Assembly (NCBI RefSeq): GCF_964194155.1
Contig: NC_135908.1
Location: 4,650,001-4,714,000 of the forward strand
From: Cetorhinus maximus
Lineage: Eukaryota
Direction of reading: 5' to 3'
DNA: 64,000 bases
Shown here: in pieces, positions 60,550 to 64,000 of the stretch
Layout: each line of letters starts with the position of its first letter
Position numbering within the stretch: position 1 is the first letter of the stretch
The notes under the pieces: model-generated
Seen by the model: the letters and a program-made list of their open reading frames with translations, nothing else
Database searches by the model: none
Told to the model about the DNA's origin: nothing
Program-made: the position numbers and the translations under genes

Positions 60550-61839
60550 GTAAAATGTAGTCGTGATCAGTATTTTCATTTCGCTTTGCATTTCCAGCTA
60601 ATAATGCGATGGCTTCAGATCCCTGGCAAGAGAACTTTTGAAACTGACCTTTATGGAATGCTTCTGATGGCAAATAAACCAAAAATATCTCAACATTTGT
60701 ACAATATTCTAACAAAACTATTTTGATTTGTACGGTCACTAATTCGGTGACCCTTGGAACATATGTTGCAGGGCATAAAATAATGCATCTGCTGTGTCTG
60801 TGTACAAATGTAGTCTTTAGGTGAAGCAGAATTAGAGTATGGGACGTTATTAGATCTGTGCACGCAGGTGTAATTGATGACCCATTTTAATGTAAAGGAC
60901 AATTGGAGCCAAATATAAACTAAGGGCTAAAGTCTGATGTCCATGTTTATTATAGAAGCTACCTGTGTAAATTGATCGTACAGACACAGTGCTTCAAAAG
61001 TGCATCCTCAGGATGGAGTCAGTGACAAATTTCAGATTTTGCGGTTTTCGGAGAAAAAAATCAAACCTTGATTCAAATAATAGGAGATGCATGAAATTAA
61101 GTGAGTTAAGTTTCTTTTTATGCAGGTCAGGTTGGGGCCAAGAGTCGCTCAGACCACTGAGTGCGGGAAAAGACCGTGCAAAGCCGATAACTAGTCTGGC
61201 TCACCACCATTCCAGATGAATTGTCCCGTTAAGCTGTTTTGCTCATTTAATGAAAACTAAAATCGATGCATGGCAGCTTTATGAAATGTCCAGTTTTCAG
61301 ATAGTCGGATCTGAGACACTGTGCCTGTATTGTAATTACATCCTGCTGTCTCTTTGCTGTTGCAGTGCTTCCACTGGTGAAGAGTATAATTACAGTATGA
61401 CAAGTTTATTTGGGTAGTTTCCATTTTAAACGTGGTCTTGGGAATTTCCAACTTAGTATGTGTACACAGGCATCATTTTTAACATGAAAGACATATAGGT
61501 ATAATAGTGGTTTCATCAGAGGAACTGGGTAGTGATGGCTTGGAAAACTACATTATCTTTCGGCCTTACATCCTCTTGCTGACTCTATCTACAGGACAAA
61601 GTGGGAAAATCTGAGAAACAGTTGAGTTGGTGAAGTTCTTCGTTTCATCGCCATTTCAACAATAGAACTATTGCAGGCTTTGTAGGGTCTCGCTTGTCTG
61701 CCCTTGCAGAATGATGGGGCATTGAAAAGAAAATTATCTCAATTTTCTAGGACTAAATCAGCGCTTGTCAGTAATGCACAACATTTGAAGCAGATTGTAG
61801 AAATTCAAATGGGTAAATAACAGCCCAATTTATTACATT

Positions 61840-62320
61840 ACATAGAATTTACAGACCAAAAATGCTATTTGGCCCAGCTGCTCAACGTCAATGTTTACAA
61901 GCCTCATCCCACCCTGCTTTACCTAACACCATCAATATGCTCTTCTCTCTTCCTTTCTCCCTCATATACTTCATCTTGTTTCCCCTTATGTACATCTATT
62001 CCATTTGCCTTGGCTACCCCATATGGTAGCATGTTCCATGATCTAACTACTCTCTCTAGGTAAAGAAGTTTCTGCTGAATTCTTTATTGGATTTATTAGT
62101 GACTATGTTATATTTATAGTCCTCTAGTTTTGGATTTTCATGTAAGTGAAAGCATCTTCTTAATGTTTGCCCAAACAAATCCCTTTAGAATTTTAAAGAC
62201 CACTATGAGGTCACCCCTTATCCTCCTCTTCTAGAGAAGAGCCCCAGCATGTTTAATCTTTACAGTTATAAACTCTGTTCTGATATTATCCTTGTAAATT
62301 TATTTTGCATCTCTATTGCT
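61840..62320 (-). mobile_element. Degraded CR1 LINE 3' fragment
   Basis: Minus-strand CR1-like 3' end (gttccatgatctaactactctc, aagaagtttctgctgaatt, aggtcaccccttatcctcctcttc). Confidence 0.6.
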
Positions 62321-62712
62321 TCTCCACATTTTCTTGACTGCTTTCAGAGATGAAACAATTCTGACATAAGTTTCAAAACAATAGGCTGAAAAGACAAGAA
62401 TAAAAACTGAGAAAGAAAACCTTGTTTGTCTTGAGATTCGGGCATAAAAATGACTTAAAATTTGAGAGTCAAAGGCCAGACTAAATATAAATCTGAACTC
62501 CTTCAGGAGCCCTGATGAGATGAAACTACAAAACTAAAATTTATGGAATTCAAACACTTAAGGGACAGAGATTGATTTCATAAGTGGTTGCCTTATAACA
62601 AAAAAAATCAGTGTTGAGGTACTGATGCTGGAATGAACTGTGGGAGTGGTTAAATGTGGAATGAGAGTGTTTTTATAAGAACTAATTTTTTTTTTCCAAA
62701 CTTGTTTTTCAG

Positions 62713-62814
62713 GTCCGACAGTTCATTCAACTTCTTTTTCTTCTTCTTTGTGTTCTTCTGTCAAATTGTTCTCTATATCATTCAGGCAATCGGCATTCCC
62801 AATTGGGGTGTCAG
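62713..62814 (+). CDS. SCAMP2: SCAMP2 exon 7; gene continues beyond the right edge
   Basis: 102 nt, cttgtttttcag|G TCC GAC...GTC AG|gtaagg; [33 protein letters not shown]. Confidence 0.95.
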
Positions 62815-64000
62815 GTAAGGATTCCATTCTGTGATAAGTGAAAGAAACATAATTCTTCAGTGTGAGTTTAGTGTCTTTTGTGAGCTATCTGTAGCTTTCT
62901 GCATATTTCTCTATACCCTTTCTTCAACAGATTCCAGTAGTGTGTATAGGCAGTTGATAAGACACGTTCCCTGCTGACTATTCTAGCCACTGGAGAGGCA
63001 CGTATTTCTTATACTGACCATTCTCTTCCACTCATAATGCTTGCTGTGTGTGTGCTTTTATTAAAAATCTCTCCATTTTCTTAATCTGTGTGCTCTGCTC
63101 TAAAAGTCATTTAGGCTCAGACATCCCAAAAAACAAGCTTGCCTTGGCTGATCCCTCAGTGACTGTTGTCCACCTGTAGCACATTTCTTATGGTTGCTGT
63201 ACTGCTAGTTGATCAGATTCTTTGCAGCCCCAAAACAAATATTCTTCTATACTGGCACAAGATAATGGTGCTACAAATGATTATATGCATCTCTGACAAT
63301 ACAAACCTTTCCTAGCATTGTCTTTTTTTAGTTAATGAATAAAGTACTGCTCAAAATGCAGTCTACTCCTGATAACTAAACTTTTTTTTATTTTTACCAA
63401 GCACAAGCTTGAATTATCCAGTGATTTGAATTGGATTTGACCAAGGGAAATAACATGGTCGTGTTCAAAAGCAGCTAAAGAAGAATTTGTTATCCAGTAA
63501 TTCCAATTAACTAATTTTGGACTGAGGGATAGTCTGTGCGGAATATTTATGGTTTTGCATTATTCTCCCCCTCTCTTGATTCCAACTTTGCACTGTAAAC
63601 TGAAACTGCTACAAGACCAAATTAATTGTACTGAAACTAATTGACTAAATTGAATTCATTTAAAAGTTGATTCTTGGCTGTACAGAATTCTGATCTAGTC
63701 ATGTCCAAATACCTCACCAGCAGGAATCTAATGTGAGAGTACAGGTTAGTTCAGCTGTACCTGTCCCAAATAAGTCCCTTTTTTTTCCTTTGGGGAGGAG
63801 ATTATGGCATTTTCATTTATTCGTTCAATGCCTTATAAAATATTTTGCATATTCATATAATCTATGAAAGACTTGTTGGTTTAGAGTTTTATAACAATTA
63901 TATAGAGACTTTTTAAAAAATGTTCCAGGGAACTTCACGATAGAGGTAGGAAGAAGTGGATTGGACCAAAATTAGCTTGCAAATTTAGATATTTCTAAAA

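Overview
Eukaryotic genomic DNA, most likely from a cartilaginous fish (inferred from the DeuSINE, LF-SINE-like, CR1, Tx1 and Penelope-like repeat content). Three spliced genes can be rebuilt exon by exon with GT-AG sites and consistent phases: STOML1 (minus strand, coding exons 1-3, continues off the left edge), a complete 8-exon MPI (minus strand, 13204-39276, 420 aa) and SCAMP2 (plus strand, exons 1-7, continues off the right edge), with MPI and SCAMP2 head-to-head 1.7 kb apart. The unusual content is in the mobile elements. (i) MPI intron 6 holds a 7.3-kb old LTR element (16807-24150) with a 4-bp TSD, tRNA-Ser primer-binding site and PPT, no visible RT, an integrase tail and a degenerate atypical env-like glycoprotein. 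(ii) At least eight TSD-flanked Penelope-like insertions carry a covarying minimal hammerhead ribozyme; most have 13-14-bp TSDs and five have the element 3' tail at both junctions. The largest is a near-perfect 1.45-kb palindrome (35091-36545) in MPI intron 1. Exon and TSD coordinates were counted by hand; repeat boundaries are approximate and family names come from motif recognition, not database searches.
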